From Octopus sinensis (Eukaryota), in assembly GCF_006345805.1 (NCBI RefSeq), contig NC_042998.1, positions 86,490,001 through 86,554,000 on the forward strand: a stretch of 64,000 bases of DNA, given 5' to 3'. The translations under genes and the position numbers were made by a program. Below, piece after piece: positions 50,490 through 63,920 of this stretch (position 1 is its first letter; the number at the start of each line of letters is the position of its first letter). The notes under the pieces were generated by a model that saw only the letters and a list, made by a program, of their open reading frames with translations, searched no databases and had not been told where the DNA came from.

Positions 50490-50770
50490 CTAGCAGAGAT
50501 ACCTGGCATTGCTTGGGATTAAAATGGCATAGCTTGTATATTACAGTTATGTTGAAACAGGTGATATAAGAAAATGCAGCATTGACGACAAAATTTTTGT
50601 CATTTGAAATGCAGGATGTCATTTGAAGGATGTCATTTGAAATGCAGAGTTGTATTGTCTGATATTGTTAAAAAAATCCTTTGACTGGATGGAAGTGCCT
50701 TCCAGAAGATCTTGCAGTATGAATTTACTGATCTTGAGAAAGTCTCATCTCGCTTTTGTCTTGAGACTCC
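50490..50770 (-). mobile_element. Internally deleted Helitron
   Basis: 3' CTAG at 50490-93 within (TA)n; minus strand encodes FFNNIRQYNSAFQMTSF, a characteristic N-terminal RepHel motif. Confidence 0.7.
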
Positions 50771-50960
50771 ATTTGATGTGCTGCAGCATGCGATACTGGT
50801 GTGTTTACGTCCTCATAACTTAGTGGTTCGGCAAAAGGGACGGATAGAATAAGTACTAGTCTTACAAAGAATATGCATGGGGTTGATTTGCTCGACTATG
50901 AAGGTGGCGCTCCAGCATGGCCGCAGTCAAGTGGACTGAAACAAGTAAAAGAGTAAAGTA
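50770..50960 (-). mobile_element. SINE family E
   Basis: Reverse complement of the 49275-49460 family. Confidence 0.78.
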
Positions 50961-51370
50961 AGATAAAGGTACCATTGGAAATAGTTTTATAAAATATTTG
51001 TAAAAAATATTAGAGACACAGAAATGTGTAGAATAATAACAGTTTTCAAGGGGTATACCTTATACTTAGGGGAGGTGCAAGACCTAGTAATCCATTGCAA
51101 ATTTACATATTATAAGTATAAGGGAACAAAATCATCTTAGTACCAAAGGAGAATTTTTGTAATGTGAATAAAGGAATGCGGATTAAATTGGCAGGGGTTA
51201 TTAGAGAAAGATTATTACGTATATTTCTAGACAATAGAGGGTATGTTATGAATAATATGACAACCCAGATAATTTCTGCCACCAAATCATAGTGTGAAAT
51301 GTATACTATTATCTATTCATATATTTGAAGGTATGGGAAATCCTATGTACACAAGATATTCCAAGGTCTT

Positions 51371-54300
51371 GTATTGTATTGGCATCCTTTCTGTCTCGGG
51401 AGACAATGGAGTTGCGCAATTTTTTTTTTTTTCTAGGTCTAGTCTGGCTGTTATATTTTATTTCCTGTTACATTTCTTGCTGTGGCTGTGTAGTCCTATC
51501 CTGGACAAACACTCCCTCTGGCAGGTACTGCAAATGTAGCGAAGACTGTTCCTGGCTGGTTGTAGTGCCATGGTCTCTTGTTTATGTCTCTTCCTTTCTT
51601 TCCATTTCTCCTCTTTCTTTCTGTCACTCCTCTGTATACCCTCTTTTACTGTACGTCGCCATTCTCCACGGTTGCCGGCGACTGCCTCCCAACCGCTAAT
51701 GTTGATGTTGCAGGCCTTCATATCCCTTTTGCAAACATCCTTGTAACGTAGGATTGGTCTACCCACAGACCTAGTACCCCTAGCAAGCTCTCCGTAGAGT
51801 ATGTCCTTGGGGATTCTGCCATCTTTCATACGGCTAACATGCCCAAGCCATCTCATACGTCTTTGTGTGAGGAGTGCAAACATGCTTGGTATTCCTGCTT
51901 GCCTGAGGACATCTTTGTTGGGGATATGATTCTGCCATTTGATGTGGAGGATTTTTCGGAGGCAGCGCAGGTGAAAGATGTTTAGGCGACGCTCTTGGCG
52001 TGTGTATAGCGTCCAGCTCTCGCTTCCATACAGTAGAGTGCTGAGTACACATGCCTGGTAGATCTTCATTTTTGTGGTCTTGGTCAGCTTATTGTTGTCC
52101 CAAGCCCGTTTGGAGAGTTGGGCCATCGCAGCAGCTGCCTTGCCAATGCGTATATTGAGCTCAGCATCAAGGGATAGGTTGTAGGTGACGGTAGAGCCCA
52201 GATAGGTAAACTTCTCCACCTCTTGTAATCTGTGGTCTCCAATATGTATGTTTGGGATGTCTGATGTAGCCTGGCCCATGATGTTGGTCTTCTTAAGGCT
52301 GATAGCTAAGCCAAAGTCATTACATGCTTGCTCAAAACAGTTAATGAGCCTTTGGAGGGCTTCTTCTGTGTGTGTTACCAGAGAGCGGCATCATCAGCAA
52401 ATAACATCTCCTTGATCAGGACGTTTCTGATTTTGGTCTTGGCACGCAGGCGCGAGAGATTGAACAGTTTCCCGTCACTTCTACTGTGCAGAAACACTCC
52501 ATCATCTGATGTCTGAAAGGCATGTGACAGTAAGAGTGAGAAGAAGATGCCAAACAATGTAGGAGCGAGGACACAGCCTTGCTTTACCCCATTTTTTATT
52601 TGGAAGGCGGCTGATGTTGAACCGTTGTGCTGTATGGTGCCTTGCATGTCATCACGGAAAGACTTGATGATCCTCAGCAGCTTTGGTGGACATCCGATTT
52701 TTTGGAGCAGGAGGAAGAGGCCTGTTCTGCTTACCGAGTCAAAAGCCTTTGTTAGATCAATGAAGGCCATATATAATGGCATTTTCTGCTCTCTGGACTT
52801 CTCCTGAAGTTGGCGTATGGAGAATATCATATCGATAGTTGATCTGCTTCTTCTAAAGCCACACTGCGATTCCGGATAGATTCGAGAAGCAAGTAGTTGT
52901 AGCCTGGCCAGGATAACGCGGGCAAAGGTCTTTCCAATAGTGCTTAGAAGGGATATACCACGGTAATTGTTACAATCACCACGGTCACCTTTGTTTTTGT
53001 AGAGCGTAATGATGTTGGCATCCCGCATATCCTGAGGGACTGTACCCTCTTCCCAGCACTGACACAGAAGCTCATGAAGGTGCCGAAGCAGGATGGTGTT
53101 TTTGCCGGCTTTGATGATCTCTGAGGGGATGCCGTCTTTTCCCGGAGCCTTATTTCTTGCTAGGGAGTCAACAGCCTTGGTGAGCTCTGCTATAGATGGC
53201 GGACTGTCAAGTTCGCACATGACTGGCAAGATCTTGACACACTCGACTGCAGCCTCAGCCACTGTGGTCTCCCGTGAGTAGAGATCCTGGTAGTGCTCCA
53301 CCCATCTATCCATTTGCTTGCCTTGATCTCTGATCAGATCTCCAGTAGTTGATTTCAGAGGGGCTGACTTGGTTGCGGATGGACCGAGGGCCTTCTTCAA
53401 ACCGGCATACATCCCACGGGTGTCGCCCCTGTCAGCAGCTGACTGGATACTCTGACAGATTTCCTGCCAATACCTATTTGCACAGTGTCTGGCTGTCAGT
53501 TGGGTTTTATTTCGTGCCTTTCTGAGTTCTTCGAGTGACTTTGTAGAAGAGTCACTCTTGTATTGCACCAGAGCTGCATGCTTTGCTTCGATAACTGGCT
53601 CCAGCTCTGAGAGCCCAGCATTGAACCAATCTGGGTTTTGCCTTTCTCTCATGCCGAAAGTATCCAATGATGTCGTATACAAGGCTTCCCTGATATAGTC
53701 CCACCTACTTTCAGCAGAGGAGGTTGGGCAGCTACTGAGGGCAACCTTGATAGAAGCAGCAAAACATTTTCGCAGTGTAGGGTCCGAGGTTCTGGCGGTG
53801 TTGATGCTTGGTCGGCCCACTTTCTTGGAGCGATGGACTTTTTTAGGGAGAATCCTCACCCTGCTTCTAATTAGTGAGTGGTCTGTGTCACAATCCGCAC
53901 TGTGGTAACTGCGGGTCAATAGAGTAGAATTCAGAAAGGATCTCCGTGTAATGATGAGATCCAGCTGATGCCAGTGGTGAGATCTTGAATGTCTCCAGGA
54001 TGCCTTGTGGGATGGCTTGTTGGTAAAGAATGTGTTTGTGATGCACAGGTTGTGATATGTGCAGAATTCGAGTAGTCTCTGACCATTGTCATTCATGTTG
54101 CCAATACCAAAGTGTCCAACACAAATGGGCCACGAATCATGGTCAGATCCCACGTGAGCGTTAAAATCCCCTAGAAGGTAGATATTTTCAGTCGTTGGTA
54201 TATTTTCTAGGACACAGTTGAGATCTTTGTAGAACTGGTCCTTGGTCTCCTCTGAGCTGTAGAGAGTGGGAGCATAGATGCTGAGTAGATGTACTGAGCC

Positions 54301-55260
54301 AGAAGAAGTCGAGAGGCGCAGTGAGAGGATATGCTCAGTGCCTCCCGATGGTGGTTCTGTTGAGGAGAGTAGTGAGTTTCTCACTGCAAAGCCAATGCCA
54401 TGTTGACGAGGTTCTTCTGGATCTCTTCCCTGCCAAAAGAAGGTGAAGTCCTGCTCTTTGAGTCTGCCGTTTGAGGGAAGTCTTGTCTCCTGCAGCCCAG
54501 CAATATCTATGTTGAGCCTCTTTAGTTCACGGTCAATGATGGCCGTTTTCCTTGTGTCTTCAATACTGAGAAGATCGTCAGATATTCCAGGACACATGGT
54601 CCTGACATTCCAGCTTGCCAACTGCAGAGCTGGTGTTTTCTTGAATTTTAGTTGCTTGCCTGGTGCAGAGGTTGCAGGCCGCTTTTCAAGTTGTACTCTT
54701 AGCTCCAAGCACCCAATGGAACAGGCGGCTTGTGGCGGGTCAGCACCTTATTAACTGGGGGCTGCCCAGCTTGAGGTGGGCAGTAGCTAACCAATAGGAC
54801 ATGGAAGTCCCTCCCACCGGCAGAGGTAACCCGTAGCGTCCATATTTTACGCCAATCTGAATGGACTTATCACTCGTAACTTACTTCCCGTGTTGTTTCT
54901 GCAGCTTTTTACAGCAGCACTGAAGTGTCCTCTCCAGTTTTGCACAGGCCTGGGCTATAGATAAGAAAGTCCTGGGTAGCCCAATCGTCAGGTTTCCTCT
55001 CTTGACCTTGCTGATGTAGTCCAGTGGAGTGCAGTGCATTACGTTTGGTACCAGCTTGGTTGCAGGAGCTGCCGGAAGAGTGTCGAATCGAACACTAGAC
55101 CGCCTTCGGGGCTCCACTCTGGATTTCATTGAAGGTTGTCTCCTTTCCGCAACCCTGGATAGGGGCCCATACCGGGTACTGTCAGCCGGAGCCAGCTGAG
55201 CCCGGAACTCATGTCAGGCAGGGTCGTCACTCCCTGAAGTAGTGAAGAAGTTCGCTACCC
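51371..55260 (-). mobile_element. Near-full-length young RTE/BovB-type LINE
   Basis: 5' UTR ~55260-54709; ORF with APE endonuclease (SWNVRT, GLQETR, GDFNAH, TDHSL) and RT (NYRGISLL, QCGFR..RST.DM.F, F.DL.KAFDSV, GVKQGCVLAP.LF, FADD); 3' end ccattgtctcccgagacagaaaggatgcc plus (AATAC)2; visibly GC-rich. Confidence 0.97.
51458..54708 (-). pseudogene. RTE endonuclease/reverse transcriptase ORF with a single +2 frameshift near 52380
   Basis: The 777-aa and 273-aa ORFs join in frame if one CT is removed from gccgctctctggtaaca (restoring FADDAALVTHTEEALQRL..GLAISLKKTNIMGQ), giving 3249 nt = 1082 aa. Confidence 0.92.
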
Positions 55261-56015
55261 ACTACCTTTTCAGTAATGTTAAATTATTATTAGGGTTTTA
55301 TTTTTTTTTATTTTTTTTTTTTGCCTATGTTAACTTTCAACCACTAATATTCACCATCATCAACAGCAAGGTCTAATTTACTATTAATTAGGTTTCACTT
55401 ATCTCTATATTTAAAAATTTCGTAAATTTCCATATAACGTAGTTCACATCCATATCGACTATCTTTGTATGGCTGAGCTCTGCAGACAATCTCCTATTGC
55501 TATCCTTATGTTCCTAGATTTTCATAGAAAATGAGGTACCATTAGCTTTGTGTCTAAGTCTAAAAGATGAAAAATGGTTATTTAGGTGCTTCTTCATATC
55601 TACAGACTACCCAATGTAAATGAAGTTATTAGTTTCTGTCATTATTGTACATTTGTATTTAACATTTTGAGCTAAACACCAACCTACTAACAGGCATTGG
55701 GATCCTATCCTATAATAGATACTGAACTTACTTGGTGCTTCAATTTAAACACTTAATTCAACTGAATCTTGTGACTCCTGTCACAACCTGGAACATTGAA
55801 GACTGCTTTAATTGAAGAAAGTATACTAGCCCCTTAATATTTTATATTCAATATTTCATCTATTCAATAAGACAATCAATACGTCATTTCATTTTACTAT
55901 ATATATTATTCATACTATATATTCTATATTCTACATTAATATTATAAAGAATATAAATAAAGCATAAAAAACAGAGTCGGAATTTCTTTGAATAATATAT
56001 ATATATATATATATA

Positions 56016-59000
56016 CTAGCAAATGCACCTGTCCTTTGGACAGTGTGATTTATTATAATGGTGCACTCCTGTGGATGGTTTAAGTTAAATTAGCCCGCAA
56101 TTAGGAGTTGTTTCAAGTTGATAAATGTAAAATGTATAATTACCATTTTTGTTAGCAGTTTATGATATGGTATTAAGCAACTTAGGTAATGAATAAATTT
56201 TTTTAGAATAATGGCATGTACAAATGTCAGAGCATGCTTATGAGTGAACAGTGTGTGTGAAGTAAGAAGGGTCATTGAAGGTAATGTACTGTTAACAGTA
56301 ATCAGGGAAGTGAAGCAAAATATCAATGAAATGCTTGCAGGAAATCTGATTGATAACAGCTACAGTTTGGTGTTGATGTGAAGATTGCAGTAGTGGAATA
56401 ACTACTGTAGGGCTGCTTTGTAGATGAGATTTTTCTTCTGGAGTATAGATGAATAAGTTGTCTGGATGGCCAACTCTGGAACAGCCGACATAGAACTGTC
56501 CATATGAAAAGCATAACGTTTGAAGGTCCAATCTGTCAACTTTCAGCAACTGACCTTGTGCTTTATAAATTGTCATAGTGAAGCTGAGTTTGAGAGAGAA
56601 GTGAAGTCTCTGCATAGTGTAGGAGCAGTCTGTTGGGGGTTAGCAGAATTTCCGAATGTAAACGGTATTGTTTTTGCCATGTCCTGTGATAATTTGGGTT
56701 TCAATGATGTGGTCCATCATTTATTTGACTACAAGGCAAGTTCCATTGCATAGTATGGGTGCATTTAGATTGTGTAGGAGGATGACAGGGCAACCAACTT
56801 TTAAGTGAAGTTCATGGGGAGGAAGTCGGTAACGGTGTCAATTGATCTGTAATGACATTCTTAAGAAGGTAGCTGACTGAGTAAGTCATATTTAAGCATG
56901 TTGGCAGCTGCATTTGTAGGTGCAAGAACAGCCCAGTTCTGAAGCCAATGTGGATTTATGTATTCTGTTTTAAGATATGGGTAAACAATAGAACATAAAT
57001 CATCAGGGCAGGAGACAGTGTGGCCAATGGTGGTAGTGTCAATGTATCTGTTGTTATTGGACGTAATTTGTCCATTGCCAATTTTAGGAGCATTTCCGAA
57101 AACTGGGTTGTAGACTGTCCAGTTTGTAGAAATGATCTAATGTTGATGGTGAGTTGTTTTGATTCGACATCTGATCAAAGGAGCGATTTTTTAAGGCAGA
57201 CATTAAGTTCATCAGCAGGTCTTCCTTTGGGTATAATATGTAGAGTTTGTTGAAAATCTCCTACAAGAAGTAGAGTTGTACCTCTAAGGATGTTGTTGTT
57301 CGATCTAAAGTCTGTCATTGTGGTATCAAGAAATTGCAGAGAACATTTATGGGACATCGCTGCTTCATCTCAAACAATGAGTTTGCACTTTTTCAAAATT
57401 GTCGCTTCATCTAAGGAATGCATTATGTGGCACGTTGGGTTGTTTTGATGTGCTACATGGAAAGGCAATTTGAAGGTAGAGTGTGCTGTCTGTCTGCTGT
57501 CAAAAAGAGTTGAGGCTATTCCTGAGGAGGCAACAGCAATAGCAAGGTCACCATTATGCCGCAACTTCACAAAAAGAAGGTTCAAGAGGTATGTTTTTCC
57601 AGTTCCATCAGGTGCGTCTAACAAGATGATACCACCAGTGTGTGTGTAGATGTTTCTAAGGACAAAATTGTATATGTCGGCTTGATTGGATTTCAGAGGG
57701 GGCTCGTTGTTAGCAATGTACTGTTTGAGTTTGTGGATGTTGTAGAATGTTTCTCTGAGAATATGGAGATTGGGACAGGCATCTTCATTTCTGTCTGGAG
57801 TGTTGAGAGAATAAGCGTCCAAATGTTGACCTCCAGTTGCTATAACCAAGTCTTCCAAGAGAAGAAGCCCTCTGTTGTAAATGGCAAGGGTAGTGGGAGT
57901 GTCAATGCCACATGTTATTTGGCAAGTCTGCAGCAAAATGTCATGGTACATTATGTCTTTGTATTTATTCCAAATTGAATGTGTGTCTGTTAGGTTGCTA
58001 AAAAACCAGCATTATTGCAAAAAGGTGTAGGAGCTTGTGCAAAGAACGACATAGAGAGGCTTCTTTGATTGCATTATCATATTGATCATCTGTATCCAAC
58101 AGTCACCGTTTGGAGCAGGCATCATTAAAAGTGCTGCATAAGTGGCCATCCACTGTGCGAAGGTTGTCGAAAGAGGTTGGTCCCTTAATGACATGAAGTA
58201 AGAGCTACCTATATAAGCCACAGACGTCCAATTGTGTCACCTTTGTACACAGCTGGAACCAACTGCAAAGGCTGGCTTTGTTTTCATCATTGCCACTAGG
58301 AAGATGATTGATTCCATGTATAATAATGTGGAACTTCAGCATACAAAATAGACTTTGAGACGGGGTTGACTTTGCAAAGGTGAAAGAAGGCTGTGAGATT
58401 GGACTTTGGTGGTATGGCTGCTTCTTGAATGAAGTTGTCTTCTGTGAAGTAAATTCACTGCTTATTTTCCAAATGAACTCTGAGATGAATCATAGGAGAG
58501 TATCATTCGTGAATTGGGAATCCTAAGGTTCTCCATATGGCTTCATTGTGGATATGTAGCATCCAGTTTCGAAAAGAGTCACTTCATCATTTGTAAAATC
58601 TGCTGATCATGTAGATTTTATTTGAAAAACAGCTTTGTCTGATCCTTTGGTGATGTACTTGCATACGTAACATATGGATTTGCCAGAAATTCAGAATTCT
58701 ACGTTGATGTGTGCCTGAAATGTTTTGTTGTGGGGTACGACCCACCGATTGTCAACTGAAAAAGTGGGGGGAAAACAAATGTAAAGGAGAAATCAATTTG
58801 TGAAAACTACTTCGTAAAGAGTTACCTTCCTTGTCCACAATAGTCACCTATAACAGAAATGGAGGTTTTTTCTGAGCCATTCTTTAGGAGCCCCATTACT
58901 CCATATTACTCCATAAGTGAAAAACCTAAAGAGTGCAGAACCATCTGTGGAACATAAGTGATGTATTTGCAGAGCATGAACGAAATTAGATGAAAAGTAT

Positions 59001-59040
59001 TGATTTTATGTGGAATCAAGTAAATAGCCGGTCACACACA
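56016..59040 (-). mobile_element. Helitron RepHel relic (end of Rep domain plus PIF1 helicase)
   Basis: 3' CTAG at 56016-19 with hairpin CTGTCC-TTT-GGACAG at 56029-43. Helicase motifs DAPDGTGKTY, AVASSGIASTL...TAHSTFKLP, LLVGDFQQ, FTMTIYKAQGQ, GQFYVGCSRV; Rep-end motifs DNRWVVP, HINVE, KYITKGSD at ~58600-58750. The 5' end is uncertain. Confidence 0.92.
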
Positions 59041-59044
59041 CATC

Positions 59045-59840
59045 TTCCATGTTACATGTAACTTTGAATGGATAATATGTGGTCAAGCATTGTTTTGTTA
59101 GAACCCTAACCCTTTCTTGTTGGCAATCTCCAGCCTCAATTCTCTGATTTTTTGGTTCAAATTAGCCAGCTGACAACAGTACACATCAGAATAAATGGTC
59201 TGGTTTTGTGGGAGAAGCTCATAATAAATAATGCTTTTATGATCCTACCAAACATAAGGCATAGCTTTTTTGGCATGGATATTCATCTTTCGTTGTTGTT
59301 TTGGAAGATCCTTACACAAACTCCAGGAACTTTTTCAAACAATGTTTTCATACACAATCCGTTTTTCATCCTCAGTCACAAGTTGTTTCACAAAGGCATG
59401 CTTTCATTCCGTTTCAAAAGCATATCACAAATGGAATATTGGTTCAAGCAATTCTTTTCTGACAGTTTGTGAGGGACCCATACATTCATCATCAGCAAGA
59501 AATCTATCCTAGCTTCACTGGGTGTTTATGAGCTGTACTTTTAGAACTTTCAACTCCTGTGCAAGTTCTCTAGTCATGATATTTGAGTTTACTTCAATTT
59601 TTGCTTTCAAAACATCTTCATCCAGTTATTAAGGTCATCTACTGCGACTGTCATTTTCCAAGCTAAACTTTCCAGCTTAAAATTTTCCAAATCATCTTTG
59701 AATAGTTGATTCACTTACAGCATCATCGCCATAAACTTCACAAATGTTTTTGCAAGTCTTTGCAGCATTTTCTTCTTTTTAAAGAAAGAAAAGCATTACG
59801 ATGCGAATATGAAATTTTTAGTTATTCATTTCAAATGTCA
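59045..59840 (-). pseudogene. Mariner transposase relic, 3'-truncated at the Helitron
   Basis: Minus strand HIRIVMLF...NAAKTCKNICEVYGDDAVS, FVKQLVTEDEKRIVY.N, QNNA.PH (DNARPH-like). Confidence 0.85.
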
Positions 59841-59991
59841 ATAAAGAGTAACCAAAATGAAAGATAAATCTATTTTTAGTCAGAAACAAAGAAGAGGTGC
59901 ACTACTACTTAAAGCAACGCCAAAGTTTTAACTGTGTTACGTTTCAGGTGTGTTCTATAAAGAGTTAAAAGATTTAGAATTTCTGGACAAC

Positions 59992-60165
59992 CAAATGTAT
60001 GTATGTGTGCATGTATGTATGTATGTGTGCATGTATGCATGTATGTATGTATGTATGTATGTATGTATGGATGGATGGATGGATGGATGGATGATGGATG
60101 GATGGATGGATGGATGGATGGATGGATGGATGGATGGATGGATGGAGGATGGATGGATGGAGGGA
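59992..60165. repeat. Compound (TATG)n-(GATG)n microsatellite
   Basis: Directly visible. Confidence 0.97.
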
Positions 60166-60759
60166 GGGAACTTTAGGTTAGTTAAAATATGTTTGTGACT
60201 TATTTCAACTTCTAAAGGAAAATTCATGGCACTTAACATGGAGAAAAACTTCTCTCTTATGGTGGAAAAAATGTGTAAAAACACTATATCTGACCAGCGC
60301 TGCCTCCTGTTGGATTCCCAGAAATATTTCTAGCTCTTTAGCCAGCAGCATTTGGGCCTCATTGATACCTTTAGTCATTTAGGCCTCAAAATCACTATTA
60401 CTACTAATCTGTCTAAAGTTGATTTTTTTTAAAAAGATGTTTCCCTAGATTTAAATCCCCGCTCTTATAACTTGTATCATATGCCAAATGAGAAACTCTC
60501 ATAAATACATAAACTGTCTTGTCACTTTTCTATAGTCTTTAAAATCTGATAGCGAATATTGGTAATAGGATATCAAATCTATCTTCTAAATAAATATCTG
60601 TTAAGGCAGTCCCCTACTATAATAATGCCCTAGCTAACAGCGGTTATAAAAATAAGATATATTACAACTCCTTAGGCAAAAATATGAATTGTAAAAATAG
60701 ACCTAGGAAAATAATTTAGTTTGCCCCTCCTCTCTCCCTTAATGACTATCATTAAGGGA

Positions 60760-61480
60760 TAAACTGTCCCTTTTAGATAAACATTTTCCAATAAATCATA
60801 AATATAGGCAAATTTTTAACAAATGCTCAATAAAAATGTCATACAGCTGCTGCCCCAATATTAAGAATATTACAACTTGCAAAAATTACCAAGAGATCCA
60901 TCCCAGTTGTAACTGTCAAGATCCTGAAGCTTGCCTACTTGATCGGGTGTGTATGATAAACTCTGTCATATACGAGACAAAAGTTACAGCTAAGCTCCAA
61001 GACAAATCAATTGAAAAGAATTACATCAGGTTATGTGAGGGAGAATTCAAGAGACATTGTGTAAACCATCTATGTTCTTTCCAGTACATTGATAAAAGTA
61101 ATGCAGCTAAGTTGGCTAACTATGTATGGAATTTGAAGAGCAGCTTCACACCACATACAATTAAGTGGAGAATAGTGCAGAATCCAAATCATATGTTACT
61201 GGATCTAAGAAATGCAACTAATGTGTAGCAGAACGATCACATATTCTTCTTCGATCCAGAAATTCCAGTACACTGCTTAATTTGAGATCTGAAATTTTTA
61301 ACAGGTGTAAACACACAGACAGGTTTCTTTTACCATGTGCTCTGGATTGAGTTGCTATCTCACAGACTTTGCCATATATTCTGGTTTTTTTTATTGTAAA
61401 CCAGTTGTAATTAATGAGCTTTCTGCAATCAGGGAGGATGAGGATCTTAGTTCAAGATTTCGTTTCTTTTTTCTTGTTCT
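60760..61480 (+). mobile_element. Penelope-like element, C-terminal GIY-YIG endonuclease fragment
   Basis: DKHFP..HKYRQIFNK.SIKMSYSC.PN...CNC....CLLD..C....VIY....NYIRLCEGEFKRHC.NH..SF...LANYVWNLK...IKWRIV. Confidence 0.85.
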
Positions 61481-61712
61481 ATTTTTTGCATTTACCTTCT
61501 TCATGGTTTTTCCTATTTTTTACTTATTTTCTTACTGTCCAGCATCCTTGTTCCTTGTTTTTTAAAAATGTATATATAACACATAAACTGAGTCTGAAAG
61601 GTTACTTTAAGATACATGATGTATTATATAAATATAGCTGTTCAAGTATCATAATAGCATGAAATTATTAGTAGCTCTTTTGGTTGTGCATTTAATTATA
61701 TATATACATATA

Positions 61713-62290
61713 TCATCATCATCATCATCCTCATCATCATCATTTAACGTCCTTTTTCCATACTGGCATGGGTTGGGTGGTTTGATTGAGGGCTGGCAAG
61801 CCAGTAGGCTGTACCAGACTCCAATCTGATCTGGCAAAGTTTCTACAGCTGGATGCCCTTCCTAACACCAATCAGTCTGAGAGTGTAGTGAATGCTTTTT
61901 ATGTGCCATCAGGACAGGACCCTGTCAGGTGGGACTGGCATCAACCACGATTCCTATAGTGCTTTTTATGTGCTACTGGCACAAGAGCCTGTAAGGAGGC
62001 ACTGACTTCAACCATGTTTGGAAGGTGCTTTCTTTGTGCCACTGGTATGGGAGCCAGTCAGGCAGCACTGGCATCGATCTCTGCTCAAAGGGTACTTATT
62101 ATGTGCCACCAGCATGGGTACTAGTCAGGCAGCACTAGCATCAGGCATAACTATGATCTCACTTGACGCAACAGGTCTTCTCAAGCACAGAGTGTTGGTC
62201 AGCAATTCAAGGGTACTTTTAAATGGGCTGGTTATGTGACACAGGTATCAGCCACAGCTGTGATCTCACTTTATTTGCCAGGTCTTCTCA
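61713..62290 (-). mobile_element. RTE 3'-UTR copy with (GAT)n tail and internal ~55-bp repeats
   Basis: Colinear with 40410-40900. Confidence 0.8.
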
Positions 62291-62496
62291 ATTGCAACAA
62301 TATGCATGTTTGTGTGTGTGTGTGTATGTGTGTGTGTGTGTGTGTGTTCCTCTTTGTTGAAGAGCACAGGCTTGAAATGTAAAAGACTTTCTTACCTTCC
62401 CGAATGTCAAACTAATACACTTGTATTGTAATTACTGCTTGTTGTTTATACACCTATCTTTGTCTTTTGTTTTTCTGTCAAATTCTAACTATATAC

Positions 62497-62534
<38 letters not shown>

Positions 62535-62557
62535 ATGTATATATATGTATATATAAA

Positions 62558-63920
62558 TCACAGTATGTGCATGCATAATGATTAACACATACATTTCCAC
62601 AGTTCTCAACGAAGTTTCACCAAACTTTACACACACATTACTTATGTCCTAAGGATGGCCATGCATTATAACATGGTGCCCAGCGCTCCAGCATAAATGG
62701 ACGTAAATGGTAATAGTTTTTTGTATGTAGGATCTTCCATACTGTTTTTTATCTTTTCATAAAAGTGAAAGGATTTTGACTATTTATTTCTACTGTCCAC
62801 CAGCAGCCATACTTAAATTGACTAGGAACACTGAATGCATACATTCCACACTTCTCAACCGATTTTCACCAAACATTACACACATGTTATTTATGTCCCA
62901 GATAGTCATGCACTGAACATTTTGCCCAGAGCTTCCGTGTATATGGACCTAAATGGACATAGTTTTTTGTATGTAGGATCTTCCATACCTTTTTAATCTT
63001 TTTCTAAAAGTGAAAGAATTTTGTCTATTTATTTATTCCAACTGTTCACCTCCACGGTAATTAAACTGACTAGGACCACTATATGTGATGAATATCTAAA
63101 ACTAAACAATCTTAATCTCCACATGTAAACTGTGTTAAACTTGAGCAAGCTTACCGCTACCTATTCTGAGTTACATGAAAGGTGATGTTCCTTTCCCTCA
63201 CTTCTATTTGTTGCTACCTTTGTTTACTTACCAATATGTTGTTTCAATTTAAGGATACTTATTTACCCATCCATTATGATATTTTGACAGTTGTCCATTG
63301 TTTCAAATACATTTTAGAATCGTTGTTCTGACCTTTTTTACACAATCACATATGATTCATTCCATAGAATCAGCCTTTAAATAATAGGTCTGCTTCCACT
63401 AACGAAAGCTACACACATCTTTCAGAAAGCTCCATATCAATTTAACTTTATGCAGCACTCATTGTTAGTTTATGTGCAGGCTATGTGGGAAGACAGAGTA
63501 AAGGGGCTTTGTTAGCTTATCTCTCTGAAAAAATAGCTCCCTTTGCTGTTGATAAAAAAAATTTGCAGAGGGGAAGTTTCAACGACTTCCTTCAATTTCA
63601 TTACTCTATTTATGTGGTTGTTTCTAACTAGAAATTTCGCTTTCATGTAAAACAACTATATTTTTTTATTATTATTCATAATCTACTCCCAAAGCACTCT
63701 AATAGCTCTACTTTGCACCACTTGCAAACATATATGTTATATGATCATTAAAGTGCAATGGCCTCCACAAAAACCAGCCTTCAATTTGATTTTCTGTTCT
63801 GAGGTTATCGGAAACATAGATTGCCATGCTACTCATAAAACATAATGGTAGTTCAATTATTTGGTGAAAAAATACCAGCTAAGTGACTTAAACCGTCCAA
63901 AGGATGGGTGTGTTTGCTAG
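62558..63920 (+). mobile_element. Non-autonomous Helitron, same 3' family as 56016
   Basis: Possible A|TC 5' end at 62558; ~250-bp internal tandem duplication (62585-62830 and 62835-63070); 3' hairpin ccgtcc-aaa-ggatgg and CTAG|T at 63917-20. Confidence 0.78.

Noticed and set aside
51330-55290. Target-site duplication around the young RTE
   Set aside because: No convincing direct repeat found by eye between 51330-51370 and 55260-55290, so the 5' boundary remains approximate.
61425-61470. Possible hammerhead at the end of the Penelope fragment (gatgag-gatctt...aagat)
   Set aside because: Both CUGA and GAAA core elements are missing.
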